A stretch of 33,368 bases of DNA from Octopus bimaculoides (lineage: Eukaryota), in assembly GCF_001194135.2 (NCBI RefSeq), contig NC_068990.1, positions 93,632,618 through 93,665,985 of the forward strand. Reading direction: 5' to 3'. Below the pieces are notes generated by a model. It saw nothing but the letters and a program-made list of their open reading frames with translations. It had not been told where the DNA came from and searched no databases. The position numbers and the translations under genes were made by a program. Below are positions 10,302 to 22,072 of this stretch, piece by piece; within the stretch, counting starts at the first letter, position 1; every line of letters begins with the position of its first letter.

Positions 10302-10957
10302 TTAGCATCCGTTATCCATGCTGGCATGGGTTGGATAGATTGATCAGAGCAATTGAGGAGCTGCACCAGACTTCAGTTTGATTTGGCATGGTTTCTATGA
10401 CTGGATGCCCTTCCTAACACCAACCACTCAGCAGAGTGTAATGGGTGCTGTTACGTGCCACTAGCATGAGTGCCATTTGCATGACACCTGTATCTGCCAC
10501 AACTGCAATTTTGCTTGGCTTGATGAGTCTTCTTCTCAAGCATGACATAATGCCAAAGATCTTGGTCATTGCTTCCGTAAGGCCCAACATTTGAAAGGAG
10601 CTCAGCCACTTTGCTTCCATGAGGTCCAACACTCAAAAACTGCTTATTACGTGAGACCAGCATCAGTCACAAGTATAATTTCACTTGACTTGATGGCTCT
10701 TCTCAAGCACAGCATATCACCAAAGGTCTCGGTCACCAGTCATTGTCTCTGTGAGGCCCAAAGTTTGAAGATCATGCTTCACTACTTCATCCCATGTCTT
10801 CCTGGGTCTATCTCTACCACAGGTTCCCTCCACAGTTAGAGATCGGCACTTCTTTACACAGCTGTCCTCGCCATACACACCACATGACCATACCAGTGCA
10901 GTCATCTCTCTTGCACACCACACCTGATGCCTCTTATGCCCAACTTTTTTCTCAAGA
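10230..10957 (-). mobile_element. RTE-like LINE 3' end with (GAT)n tail
   Basis: CVKKCRSLTVEGTCGRDRPRKTWDEVVKHDL, then a 3' UTR shared with 29120-29745, 32755-33065 and 21645-21832, and a TCA-repeat tail. Confidence 0.8.
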
Positions 10958-11068
10958 TGCTTACACTCTTTCGAATAAGAATATCCTAATTGTTGATGTA
11001 TTTCATTATTGGGAAACAACCTCACCTTTCAGATGAATGTGTGTTTTTATTCATTAAAGAAAGGAGAA

Positions 11069-11115
11069 TTTGGGACGTTGGTGTTTTGACCTTCTTGTGT
11101 GTCTCATCAGCCAAA
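11069..11115 (-). ncRNA. Decayed minimal hammerhead motif (family 4), G12 changed to A
   Basis: Minus strand TTTGG-CTGATGA-GAC acacaagaag GTC-AAAAC-accaac-GTC-CCAAA. All three stems and the GUC triplet are present, but GAAA reads AAAA. AATAAA lies about 20 nt downstream. Confidence 0.6.
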
Positions 11116-11889
11116 GTTACCCTGGTCTAATAAATCTAACAAGAGTTTGTAACTCTTGCTTGCAAAATCAGCAAACAAATTATTTGTTGATGCTGATATC
11201 TATCAATTGGTAATATGTCTTCACTACTCACTGAGTGCATCATAATTTATTACTTCATCTATCTGGATGAACCAGTAAAGGCTTTCTCAAACAAAATAAC
11301 TGTTTCTGGTTTAAGACCAAGGTCAGTTGTTTTGAAGTGAAGGAGCTGGTCAATACAGCTGATACTAGCATTTGAATGTAAAGAGTCAGAATAACTAAGT
11401 GTGTTTCTATCCAAAATTTTTGTATACAAAGACTTGATGCATCACAAAGTGTGTGGTCATTAAAACAGAAATTCAAATTTCAACCCTTCATTTCTAAGTC
11501 ACAGCTTACAATTGTCACACATCTTTTATTGCTGTAATCTATCTTTGACACAGTCCATGTGGGCTTTATAGAGAACAACATTAATGACTGCAAAAGTGAG
11601 AGGGGTGAATGGAAAAATGGGTGAGGAAATTGGTAGATTAAATATTAATATTGTTTTTAAAGTGAAGTTATGTATAAAAAAATGGTTGAACATTAAACCA
11701 AAGAATCACTCAATACTTTTTAATTAATTCCATGTTTATTAATTTTAATAATCTAATGATGATTAATAAGTTAAAACTTCGAAGACACTGTTGAGCTTTT
11801 CTTTGTAAAAATTAACTAATAATTAGATAAAATAGTAAAATTAACAAGGAAACGAACAGACAGTTATGTAACAAAATGAAATAATTTAC

Positions 11890-11952
11890 CCTTCTGTCAG
11901 TTAGTTTTACAGCTTTTCTTCTGTATTCCATTCCAAACTTGTTTACCAAAAT
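11890..11952 (-). CDS. ABCC5: ABCC5-like exon (ILVNKFGMEYRRKAVKLTDRR)
   Basis: TTTTTCAG acceptor, GTAAAT donor, 63 nt, phase 0/0. Matches YFRRKCVAATDER. Confidence 0.88.
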
Positions 11953-12877
11953 CTGAAAAATATGCATTGCATATATGATAGTGCACCATAACACTGTGAA
12001 CACGAGATAGGACATAACTGGAAACTGACTGATCAATCAGTTTATGAACTGAAATAACCTGTGAAGATGTTTCGCTCTGATGAAAATTCTTTGTTAAACG
12101 GTAGAGACGTGTAAAACCCTAGATATTACATTTCAGCAAGGATCCTGAATTAAAGGTTAAAGAAATCTACAATCACAGATGTTCCAAGGATGACTGTTTT
12201 GGTAATTCCTTTGAGAGCAAAAAGGGTGGAGACATGTGACACCACAAGTATTATGCTTCAAGAATGATTCTTTTGATAATTTCTTTGAGGTTAAAAGGTC
12301 AAAACATGTACCACAATAGGTGTTATGTTCAAACAGTGGTAATTTTGGTAATTCCTTAAAGATATAAGGTAACTATTAATCAATTATTAATTCCTTAATG
12401 ATTGAATAAAATGATTTGAACTCAGAACTCATTACTCTAAATGAGTATTTCAATGTCAATGTTTAACTGCAAAGTTAAAACATTGTGGTTTCAGGTTCAA
12501 TTCCACTGCATGCCATTTTGGCCAAGTTTCTTCTACATTTGGCCATGCATTGACCAATGTTTTGCGCATTAAACAGAATTTCAGTGAATGTTCAATCAAG
12601 GGGCTGATATGAGAGAAACTTCCTCTCAGCATCCTTGGTAGTCTCAGTAGCCATTAAAATGGTCGTGAACACTGCCTTTCTCCCTCTAAGACAAAATCAA
12701 ATTCTTAAAAAAACAGATAATAAATCTGGAGGAGTAACATGAGCTGGATGTGAACCCTTACCCTTGTAGCTGAGAAGCTGTTACTTAATACAGACAGCTG
12801 TCTCAACTCATTAGGAGAGTTATTAATTATAATCAACTAATTATAACAATTTTCATATAAAATAACGATACACTTAC

Positions 12878-13051
12878 CAAAGTTGGATAGAATCCTATGA
12901 AGACAAAAGATCCAATCAAAGACAATGGCCCAAGAAGGTAATAGTTGTAGATAATTGCTGCCAGGACAATGATTGGACTTCCAATGATGAATGTGTTAAG
13001 TTTTGCAGAATCAGAGACCCGCTCGGAATCAGCTGTAAATAGGTTGACCAG
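12878..13051 (-). CDS. ABCC5: ABCC5-like exon (LVNLFTADSERVSDSAKLNTFIIGSPIIVLAAIIYNYYLLGPLSLIGSFVFIGFYPTL)
   Basis: AG/GTAAG boundaries, 174 nt, phase 0/0. Matches LINICSNDGQRMF...LGPTGFLGSAVFILFYP. Confidence 0.93.
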
Positions 13052-13864
13052 CTTGAGAAATAGATGGAAATAAAACATTTCTATAAGAAAATTAAAACAT
13101 GAAAGAAATTATTTCGTTTATGGATTTGGTTTGCAGGATTCTTTATGTAGGTTCATGTGTTAAATTATAAGGCACAAAAAGAAAATGACTCTCCCCAGGC
13201 ACAACAGGAAAACATTATATTTTTTCCTAATGAATTATCTCATGAAATCTAGAACACCTATCCTGCTTATTACAGGTGTTTGGTTCCAAAAACAAACACC
13301 ATGTTTAATGAATCCATGATAATTGAATAACAGGATATATAGAGAAAAAAATAAGTTTCATTCCAAGATCCCAGCTTGTCCTAAGCATTGTGGATAGTCA
13401 CTGGGGAATGCTTTTGAGGTACAAGCAGAATTTTTGGTCTTATCATTGACCTGTGTGATCACAGGTCAATTCATGACAAGTGCAACAAGGGTCACAATTA
13501 AACATGTCATGTGATCCCAGATTAGTGATAAGTGAATCAGTGATAAGTGAATCAGTGATAAACAAAGGTAGATGCACAGCCAGTGGGATTCTACAATATT
13601 GTTTGCAGATTATATTGATTGCGAAAGAAGAGAGGAAGAGTTTATATTTTAGAATTCCGTCAAAAGTAGATGCCTTGAGAATACTTTCAGAAAAAATACC
13701 CATAATGAATATCCATTAAAACCAATTGAATTTAAAAATTACATCAACTATTATACTCAAAATTTACATTTAATTCTTTGTCACCATATTCCTGTTAAAA
13801 TATATATTACCTTTGCTTCAATTACTTATAGATATATATGTATATATATGTATATATATGTATG

Positions 13865-14103
13865 TATGTATATATGTATTTGTGTGTCTGTGTTTGTCCC
13901 TCCACCACCATCACTTGACAACCAATGTTGGTGTGTTTATGTTCATGTAGCTTAGCAGCTCAGCAAAAGAGTCCGATAGAATAAGTACTAGGCTTATAAA
14001 GAATAAGCCCTGGGGTCGATTTGTTCGACAAAAGGTGGTGCTCCAACATGGCCACAGCCAAATGACTGATACAAGTAAAGGAATAAAAGAATAAAAGAAT
14101 ATA
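13865..14103 (+). mobile_element. SINE S1, 3' half
   Basis: Colinear with 5570-5764. Further 3'-half copies at about 30-113 (+), 14405-14610 (+, degenerate) and 1740-1790. Confidence 0.8.
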
Positions 14104-14745
14104 TATTTCAGACTTCTTAGAGTAGCAGAGAAATTCCTTAGCAGGATTTCTTTCATCTTTACATTCTGTGTCCAAATTCTGCCAAAGTTAACGTTGCCTT
14201 TCATCATGTCAGGGCAAGAAGAAATAAGCCCAAGTTGAGCCCCACCCCCGGGAGGGGGGGGGTGTCAGTATCACTCCAAAGTTTCAGGCCTTGGGCCTAG
14301 AATAGAAAGGAATACATATATTCTTATGCATGTTTATCTGTAAACAGACAGACAGACAGATACACAGGTAGGTAGGTAGGTAGATATAGACATGGGGAGG
14401 GCATGTGTATTAGTGTTTCCATTTGTCCTCCACCACCACCACCACCACCACTTGACAACTGTGTTAGTTTGTTTACATCACCAGTGACTTAATGTGGCAA
14501 GAGCAAAACAGAATGGTCAGCAAACTTAAAAGACAAATACTGAGGTTGATTTCTTTGACTAACTGTACAGGACAGTGCTCCAGCATAGGCACAGTGAAAT
14601 GAGTGAAAGAGAAGGGAGGAAATTTCAAGGTCCAATTAATTGTTCTGGTGAATTTTGGTGATTAAGCAAAGGTGAACAACTGCACAGGAGATTCCCTGTT
14701 TGTCCCTTGAATGAAAGTTGTCTAAATGAATGGAATGGAACTTAC

Positions 14746-14831
14746 TTCACCAATATTCTTGTTTTTCAGTGATTTCACAGAGAGCACTTTTTTGAAGAAG
14801 AGGGAATTGAGGGCCACTTTGACAGACATTC
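14746..14831 (-). CDS. ABCC5: ABCC5-like exon (MSVKVALNSLFFKKVLSVKSLKNKNIGE)
   Basis: AAG acceptor and GTAAG donor, phase 1 to 0. Not in the correct frame in the ORF track. Matches VRLRGAILTMAFKKILKLKNIKEKSLGE. Confidence 0.9.
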
Positions 14832-15254
14832 CTTGAAAACAACAAACAAGAAATAAATAAATAAATGATAAAGTATTTTGAAAAACAAATCATTGTTACA
14901 CAGTAACAAATATCTAATAAAAATATAATTTAAAAAAATCATGACAAATCGTAAATAGGGAAATGATAAAATAGACAAAAATTCGTGTTTATTGAAATTT
15001 AATCATTATCATCATCATCATCATTTTAAGGCTAACTTTTCCATGCTTGCATTGATTGGTTGGAATTTATTGAAATAGATAAGTAGATTTTTTATGCCTG
15101 GATGCTCTTCCTGTCAGCAACCCTCACCTGTTTTCAAGTAAAGTAATATCCCCACCCCCATCACCAGACATGTTCTTGCAAAATGTCGGAAATGAATGTC
15201 ATTGCTTGTATGACACTTGCAATCATTTTACAACTATCACACTCACACATACCT

Positions 15255-15450
15255 ACATACATATATTCATGCACACACACACACACACACCCACGCATGG
15301 GCTTCTTTCAGTTTCTGTTAAAACCAAATCCACTTACAAGGCTTTGGTTGGCCCTGGGCTATATCAGAAAGCATTTACCCAAGGTGCTATGCTGTGGGAC
15401 TGAACCCAAAACCAGGTGATCCGGAAGCAACCTTCTTACCACATAGCTGC
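15255..15450 (-). mobile_element. SINE S1, 5' half
   Basis: Reverse complement of the S1 head. Further 5'-half copies at about 12470-12575, 24990-25145 and 27238-27385 (+). Confidence 0.7.
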
Positions 15451-15479
15451 ACCTTTGATAGAAATGATTATGTAATTGA

Positions 15480-16145
15480 AAAACTGTCTTTGAGCCATGC
15501 CAATATTCTTATATCGTGTCCCTGATGTTAGGATTGAATAGTTGCAGACCCATTATTTAATAAGAGACTTATCTTGCAGGCATCATTCGGCAAATCACAA
15601 TTACACATTAACTCAAGCTCTCCATCAAAAGTTCTATTTTTAAGGTGGACGTTGTTATCAATAAAACTCAATTCGCTTTTACGATTCAATTTACTTCTCT
15701 GATGATTTCTTCTAACAATCCTTATAACGTTATGGCGCCTCTGATACTTTCATACATTCACTCTCAAAATTACTGTATGCCAAGACAGGGGCCCTGTTGC
15801 TATCACTAATAAAAATATTGCTGACGCGATAAATATGGCTCAGACCGTACTACAGTTTATTTCCATCATTGGTATAGAGATGGTCTTTGCATGTTCTAAT
15901 TGGGAGAGAATAATTAGGTGTGTTAATTGAACATGAACTGTTAGAGATTCTATTATCCACATTGTTACACATATCTGCCAAGCCTAAGTTATTAGGAATG
16001 TCGTGATTACCTATTTTATTTGTAAATATATTCCTCATATAATTATCATTAATAGTGGAGGCAAAATGGCCCAGTGGTTAGGGCAGTGGACTCGTAGTGG
16101 TAGGATCACAGTTGTTAGTGTTTATTGAGGGTTGCGAGTGTTTAT

Positions 16146-16179
<34 letters not shown>

Positions 16180-16560
16180 ATATATATATAATATAATATA
16201 GGATAAATTCTTTATAAGAATCTATCAAGTAGTCAGCGTGAAAAAACCTCTTTCAGGGATATATAATTGTGAACAAAAGTCATCGTTGCTGTGATGGCTA
16301 CATCGTGGTAGGTTGATTCTTGTTTATTTTTATATATCTTGACCATACGTGTACTGATGAACAAAGGAATACAGGTTACTTCACAGTTTTTTCTGTATTT
16401 GATTGAGAAACCAGTGGTCTACCGTTGAGTTAAATGTTTTTAAGAGATAAATTTTGAAAAGCTGCATTCCCTCGCTTTCGGTAAATATGTTGCTTATTTT
16501 TGGTAGTTTTTTTACTTATTTAGTCCCTCGATAGCGTGAGGCATTAATACACAGTTAATG
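15480..16560. mobile_element. Possible Penelope-like element remnant (degenerate coding stretch plus pseudo-LTR-like segment carrying hammerhead family 2)
   Basis: Repeat-free, CpG-containing stretch with broken minus-strand frames. The assignment rests mainly on the adjacent hammerhead motif. Confidence 0.3.
16348..16424 (+). ncRNA. Type I hammerhead motif (family 2) with GUC cleavage triplet
   Basis: GTA-CTGATGA (16354-60), long imperfect stem II (AATACAG/CTGTATT core), GAAA (16407-10), stem III ACC-agt-GGT, C17 at 16419, TAC pairs with GTA. Confidence 0.55.
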
Positions 16561-16597
16561 CCCTTTATATATAACTATATATATATATATATATATA

Positions 16598-16665
16598 TGA
16601 CATAACATCAAAAAGTTCCTGAACAAGTTGTTATGTTTAAAAAAAATAACTTTTTACCTAAGTTT
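16598..16665 (-). mobile_element. 3' terminal fragment of the same mariner family as 25154-26050
   Basis: ATCAAAAAGTTCCTGAAC...TTATGTTTAAAAAAAATAAC...TTTACCTAAGTTTTG resembles the reverse complement of 25980-26050. Confidence 0.6.
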
Positions 16666-16894
16666 TGCTTAAACACCTGGAACTCCTACCTGTACACTCA
16701 ATTTGTGAGTGTACCTGAGGTTTACCCTTACTCAACTGACAACTCCACATGGCTCTAACAAGCCATTTGTCCACCCCTAGCTTGCTCAAGGACCACCAGA
16801 TCACACAGAGTGAAGGATCTTGTGACAGGCTTTCTCCATGTCAACAAATCCCAAGCGTAACGGATTAGCTAAATGCTATATCATTAAGATATAT

Positions 16895-17043
16895 TATAAA
16901 AAATATATAAAATATATATATAAAAATATACACACAACCATATTCTCACAATACATTGACATAGACATCCTACGTTCACAACACCTACATACGTACGGAC
17001 TTACACAAACATGTATGCATGTACTCATACATACACACATGCA

Positions 17044-17090
<47 letters not shown>

Positions 17091-17410
17091 GTATATGTAT
17101 ATGTATATATATATATACGCAACATCATCCTTATATATATGTATTATGTTACATGTATGCATGTAAGTACCTATGTGAATATGAGGATGAGGTTGCATAC
17201 ATATATACACATATACATATATATATACAGGTGTGCGTGTGTGTGGATATGTGTGTATGTATGAGTACATATATATATATGTATGTGTGTGTGTGTGTAT
17301 GTATACATGTTTGTGTGAGTGTGTAGATGTAAATGCAGGAGGTTTATGTCTATGTATTAAGAATATGGTTGTGTGTATATTTTTAGATATATACTTTATA
17401 TCCTTTTTCT
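16895..17410. repeat. Large imperfect fold-back (about 510 bp) with microsatellite-containing arms
   Basis: AAAAATATACACACAACCATATTCT...ACACAAACATGTAT (left) is mirrored at 17270-17405. Inner pair GCAACATCATCCT / AGGATGAGGTTGC. Central palindrome TTACATG-TATG-CATGTAA at 17149-17166. Confidence 0.75.
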
Positions 17411-17710
17411 TTCCTTTCCCACCTTTTAGAAGTACTTCCTTCATATTTGATGGTTTCTCATAGCGTAAAGTTGCCTTTAATGGCCAACAACTCTTCACTC
17501 TGACATTCGAAAGTACTATAATGACAACTTTTTACTGTTTGTTCTAAATGATGACATATATANNNNNNNNNNNNNNNNNNNNNNNNNNNNNNNNNNNNNN
17601 NNNNNNNNNNNNNNNNNNNNNNNNNNNNNNNNNNNNNNNNNNNNNNNNNNNNNNNNNNNNNNNNNNNNNNNNNNNNNNNNNNNNNNNNNNNNNNNNNNNN
17701 NNNNNNNNNN

Positions 17711-17775
17711 TATATATATATATATATGCAGACAGACAGATAGATAGATAGATAGATAAATAGACAGAAGCAGAC

Positions 17776-17828
<53 letters not shown>

Positions 17829-17985
17829 CTAGAATAGATATATGGATGGATAGCAAGCTACAGATGTAGATAGACAGACAGACGACAGGCAGGCAGGCAA
17901 GCAGGCAAGCAGACAGACAGGCAGGCAAGCAGACAGACAGGCAGGCAAGCAGACAGACAGACAAGCAGGCAGACAGACGGACAGA
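17711..17985 (+). repeat. Compound (TA)/(GATA)/(GACA)/(GGCA) microsatellite immediately after the exon 18006 donor
   Basis: Direct read. Confidence 0.95.
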
Positions 17986-18005
17986 TAAATCAAAAGTTTC
18001 CTCAC

Positions 18006-18153
18006 CTGCCTGATAATTGACTAACCACATGAGTACAAAAAACACTAAACGCAATATTTCAGCAACAAAAATGCTGGCAGCCAGAATTATTCCATACTTG
18101 TAGTTATTTCTGTCGTTTTTTAGAAAATCCAGCGTCATTGGAACCAAATAAAA
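18006..18153 (-). CDS. ABCC5: ABCC5-like exon (FYLVPMTLDFLKNDRNNYKYGIILAASIFVAEILRLVFFVLMWLVNYQA-G), TMD1
   Basis: CAG/GTGAG boundaries, phase 0 to 1. Matches TEIVRSWSLALTWALNYRTG. Confidence 0.92.
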
Positions 18154-19433
18154 CTGGAAATTTTTATGAAGAAACAATTAAATGAAGAAAATATGAGAAG
18201 AAATTTATTTCATTAGGATTAATTCATGTTTGAGAAGCAATGTATCTTTGGAAGTGCAGAATGTAAACATTTACATGTGCGTGTACAGACAAGTTTATTT
18301 ACCAACAAGTAAAGAATATAATTTTTCTATTCTGTGATTATGATAATATAAAGCCATTCTTATTGATTCATTATGTTTTACGTTTTTTCAGTTCAAGTTA
18401 TATTTTCTCCATTGGTGACCTCAACTGGATCTGAAGAGTTACACTTTTGTTATGAAACTTCATGTACTAATCTAATGTTTTCAAGATATGTTTAAAAAAT
18501 CGTTCATATTAGCACTGGAAGTTTCTTTATTATTACAACAGCATCACAAGTGGCATTTCCTTTACCAGCAATAATGATAGCACCTTCATGGTAGCAATAA
18601 TGATAGCACCTACAATAAACGTGCTATGCACAACACTGAAAGCTGCAACAAAAGTACACTGGAACCAATGAGAGGATAAATATGCAGCCAACAGTCTCAA
18701 CAATTCTGTCAGTTGCTCAATAAACTAAGCATTGTAATCTTCTTCCCTTTAATACAAAATATTTTGTAACTATATTTACTTTGACGCTTTAAACATTTGT
18801 TCTTCACTACTCACATGAACCTATTTCAATTACTATTCATTTTGTAAACAGCACAATGTAGGAAGGGACTTGTAGCAAATATTTTTTGAAAATGGGGAAA
18901 CTATATTTGTTGATTGTCAATAAAGTGAACAAGCATCCACACATTTAACCAATGACTGAATTAACTCCGTTAATTCTTCTCAAGTCATGATTAAAGTAAT
19001 GCTATATCAACTGGCATGCACAGTTAATAATTGTAGCTTACATAGAAACAGCCAGTGCAGAGCAGCCATTTCCAACTGCAAACAGCCTGCAGAATAACTA
19101 CAATATCAGCAGCTGATATTGTACCCGTAGCACTAGCAATAAAACTAGTCTGGCATTGTCATCCAGTCGACTGCTGAACAGTAACTTGGGCAGCTCTCAT
19201 AGTTATGCAGCATAACATCAACAGACAGCTTTTTGCAGCCAGCATTTTTGGCAGTCAAAACAAGAAGCAGCTGACAATTTGTAACCATTGTGGCTAAGCA
19301 GCCATCAGTTTTATACATGCTGACATTCATTACATAAATAAAACAATACAAAACATTGTACAATGAGAACAATAATATATTATTTTACAGCACTTGCTTT
19401 CACAGAAAGCAAGTGGTAACAATATATACATAC

Positions 19434-19502
<69 letters not shown>

Positions 19503-19805
19503 TTTTATATATACACTGAAAACACACACACATAAATGTATATATATATTAGTACATCCAACCTAACTTGATGTGTTGTTCATATTGCCACAGACTGCTG
19601 CAAACATAAAAAGAAAAACACTTTTTGTAGATAACAAATGCTAAAAAAGCATCAGAATTTTGTTATGAATTGATGAAATTCGTTAGCACACCAGCAGATG
19701 GCTCTACCACATCATTTCAGGTCATTGTGAAAATATAAATTCAACCAAAAGACAAAACAATGAAATGATAAAATGATTTTTTTGCATTATAATCACAGAC
19801 TGACA

Positions 19806-19880
19806 AGTGTATACACTCTCTCCTTGTATAGAGTGTATACACTCACGACTTGTATAGAGTGTATACACTCTCTCCTTGTA
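19806..19880 (+). repeat. Tandem repeat, about 3 x 26 bp, each unit with an AGTGTATACACT palindrome
   Basis: Read directly from the sequence. Confidence 0.85.
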
Positions 19881-20581
19881 GGAAAGTCAATTTGACAATG
19901 ACATGTTTTGAACAGCAAGATTAAATTATTTTTAACAATAAAATAGCTACAGTTTGTGTATCACAAAATACTACTAAAAAAAACAGTAAAATGTCACCAA
20001 AAAACAGAAATAAATGTGACATTTTACAAAAATTGTTGATTTTGTAGATAGACCTTGGAGTGTATGTGTGTGTGGTGGTGGTGGGTCTGTAGAAATACAC
20101 AAAAATGCATGTATATGTATAAAGAATAAAGCTGTGGACATGCAAATGAGTCTGCATTTATACATACATATATATATATATATATANNNNNNNNNNNNNN
20201 NNNNNNNNNNNNNNNNNNNNNNNNNNNNNNNNNNNNNNNNNNNNNNNNNNNNNNNNNNNNNNNNNNNNNNNNNNNNNNNNNNNNNNNNNNNNNNNNNNNN
20301 NNNNNNNNNNNNNNNNNNNNNNNNNNNNNNNNNNNNNNNNNNNNNNNNNNNNNNNNNNNNNNNNNNNNNNNNNNNNNNNNNNNNNNNNNNNNNNNNNNNN
20401 NNNNNNNNNNNNNNNNNNNNNNNNNNNNNNNNNNNNNNNNNNNNNNNNNNNNNNNNNNNNNNNNNNNNNNNNNNNNNNNNNNNNNNNNNNNNNNNNNNNN
20501 NNNNNNNNNNNNNNNNNNNNNNNNNNNNNNNNNNNNNNNNNNNNNNNNNNNNNNNNNNNNNNNNNNNNNNNNNNNNNNNNN

Positions 20582-20658
<77 letters not shown>

Positions 20659-20781
20659 AGTGTCTCTCTCTCTCTCCCTCTCTATCTCTATTTCTTTCCA
20701 CTCCATCATCACACACAACACATTCATGCGTAAAATAAAAACATGTCCATAAGAAAGAATCCAGAATCTCTTTAGACGTAC

Positions 20782-20926
20782 CGGAGTGAGCATCTTGAAT
20801 ACCAAACTGATGATAAACAGCACTGTTCCAAGAATTAATTTGTTACAGTTATATTGTCTGACAACACGAACCAATGAAGCTTTGTCTCCTTTCTCCTTAT
20901 ATTCCTTGTCCCACATTTCTTCAATC
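20782..20926 (-). CDS. ABCC5: ABCC5-like exon (IEEMWDKEYKEKGDKASLVRVVRQYNCNKLILGTVLFIISLVFKMLTP)
   Basis: CAG/GT boundaries, phase 2 to 0. Matches ABCC5 RLERLWQEE...ASLRRVVW. Confidence 0.9.
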
Positions 20927-21644
20927 CTGATAAATGGTAACAAAAAAGAAAGAATAATCAAAACTAATATTAATAGATGAGATGTGTGTGTGTGTGTTTT
21001 ATTTTTCAAATCTCTTACCAATGGAGAAAGATCTGGTTTCTAGTCTAGAAGCAGGACTCCTTCATTGGAATTTAGACCACCTCAGACAGGATAGTCTTAT
21101 ATATACATACGTATGTATGTACAAACTGACATATATACGTATGTATGTAGGTAGGCCTGCACACAAATATGATGTCTGGATGTATTTATGTATGATACAT
21201 AATGGATGCAAACATGTGGCCATGTGCACTTGCACATGACCACAGGCAGGGATATCACTGCATATATGAAACTGATTACATGCTGAGTGACTAGTGTGTG
21301 TATATGTCTATGTATGTATGCATTTATGTATGTATGTGTCTGCATGCAAGTCAGTGGTGTGTGTGTGTGTATGTATTCTACATTCCAATTTCAAGACAAC
21401 ATTAGAAAAAAAACAAAATATTAAGCTAAACTAATTTATTTCTTCACTTTTCAGAAAGATAAATAAAATCCAGTAGATGTAAGTGCCATCAACCAGGATT
21501 TAAGGCCACTCCCTGAAAAAAAAAGCCCCGTACCCTTGACTTTTGAGAAAACGCATCCCCCTTCCTGGAATCACAGAGTGGTTTTGTTGTGCCTTGTTGA
21601 ATTTGTCTCAAAGGTTCTGACTAGACACAGAAAATACAGACTAA

Positions 21645-21832
21645 ATATCATCATCACCATCATCAACATTTGACGCCCATTTTCCATGCTGGCATGGGTT
21701 GGAAGACTTGACAGCAACTGGCAAGGTCAGGGGCCACTCCAGGTTCCATAATTCGTTTTGGCTTGGTTTCTTCCTAATGCCAACCACTCCACAGAGGAAG
21801 TGCACTGGGTGCTTTTTATGTTGCATCATCAC
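21645..21832 (-). mobile_element. RTE-like LINE extreme 3' fragment
   Basis: CCATGCTGGCATGGGTTGG and CCAACCACTC motifs shared with the other copies. A degenerate copy lies at about 15000-15165. Confidence 0.65.
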
Positions 21833-21835
21833 CAA

Positions 21836-22024
21836 TATACACTCCAGCCTTCATCAGGTGTCTTGGGGAAATTTCGAACCTGGGTTCTCATTCCTAAGGT
21901 ATTTTTCAATGTTGTTACTATTACCATTATTATTCAGGTCACCGCTTGGAATCGAATTTGGAATCTTGGGGTTAAGAGCACGGATTACTAACCCCAAGAT
22001 TCCGAGTTCAATTCCAGGCAGTGA

Positions 22025-22072
<48 letters not shown>

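Noticed and set aside
18520-18725. Met-less hydrophobic minus-strand frame (FIEQLTELLRLLAAYLSSHWFQ...) as an alternative ABCC exon
   Set aside because: No donor site before the stop and no clear similarity to the neighbouring exon.
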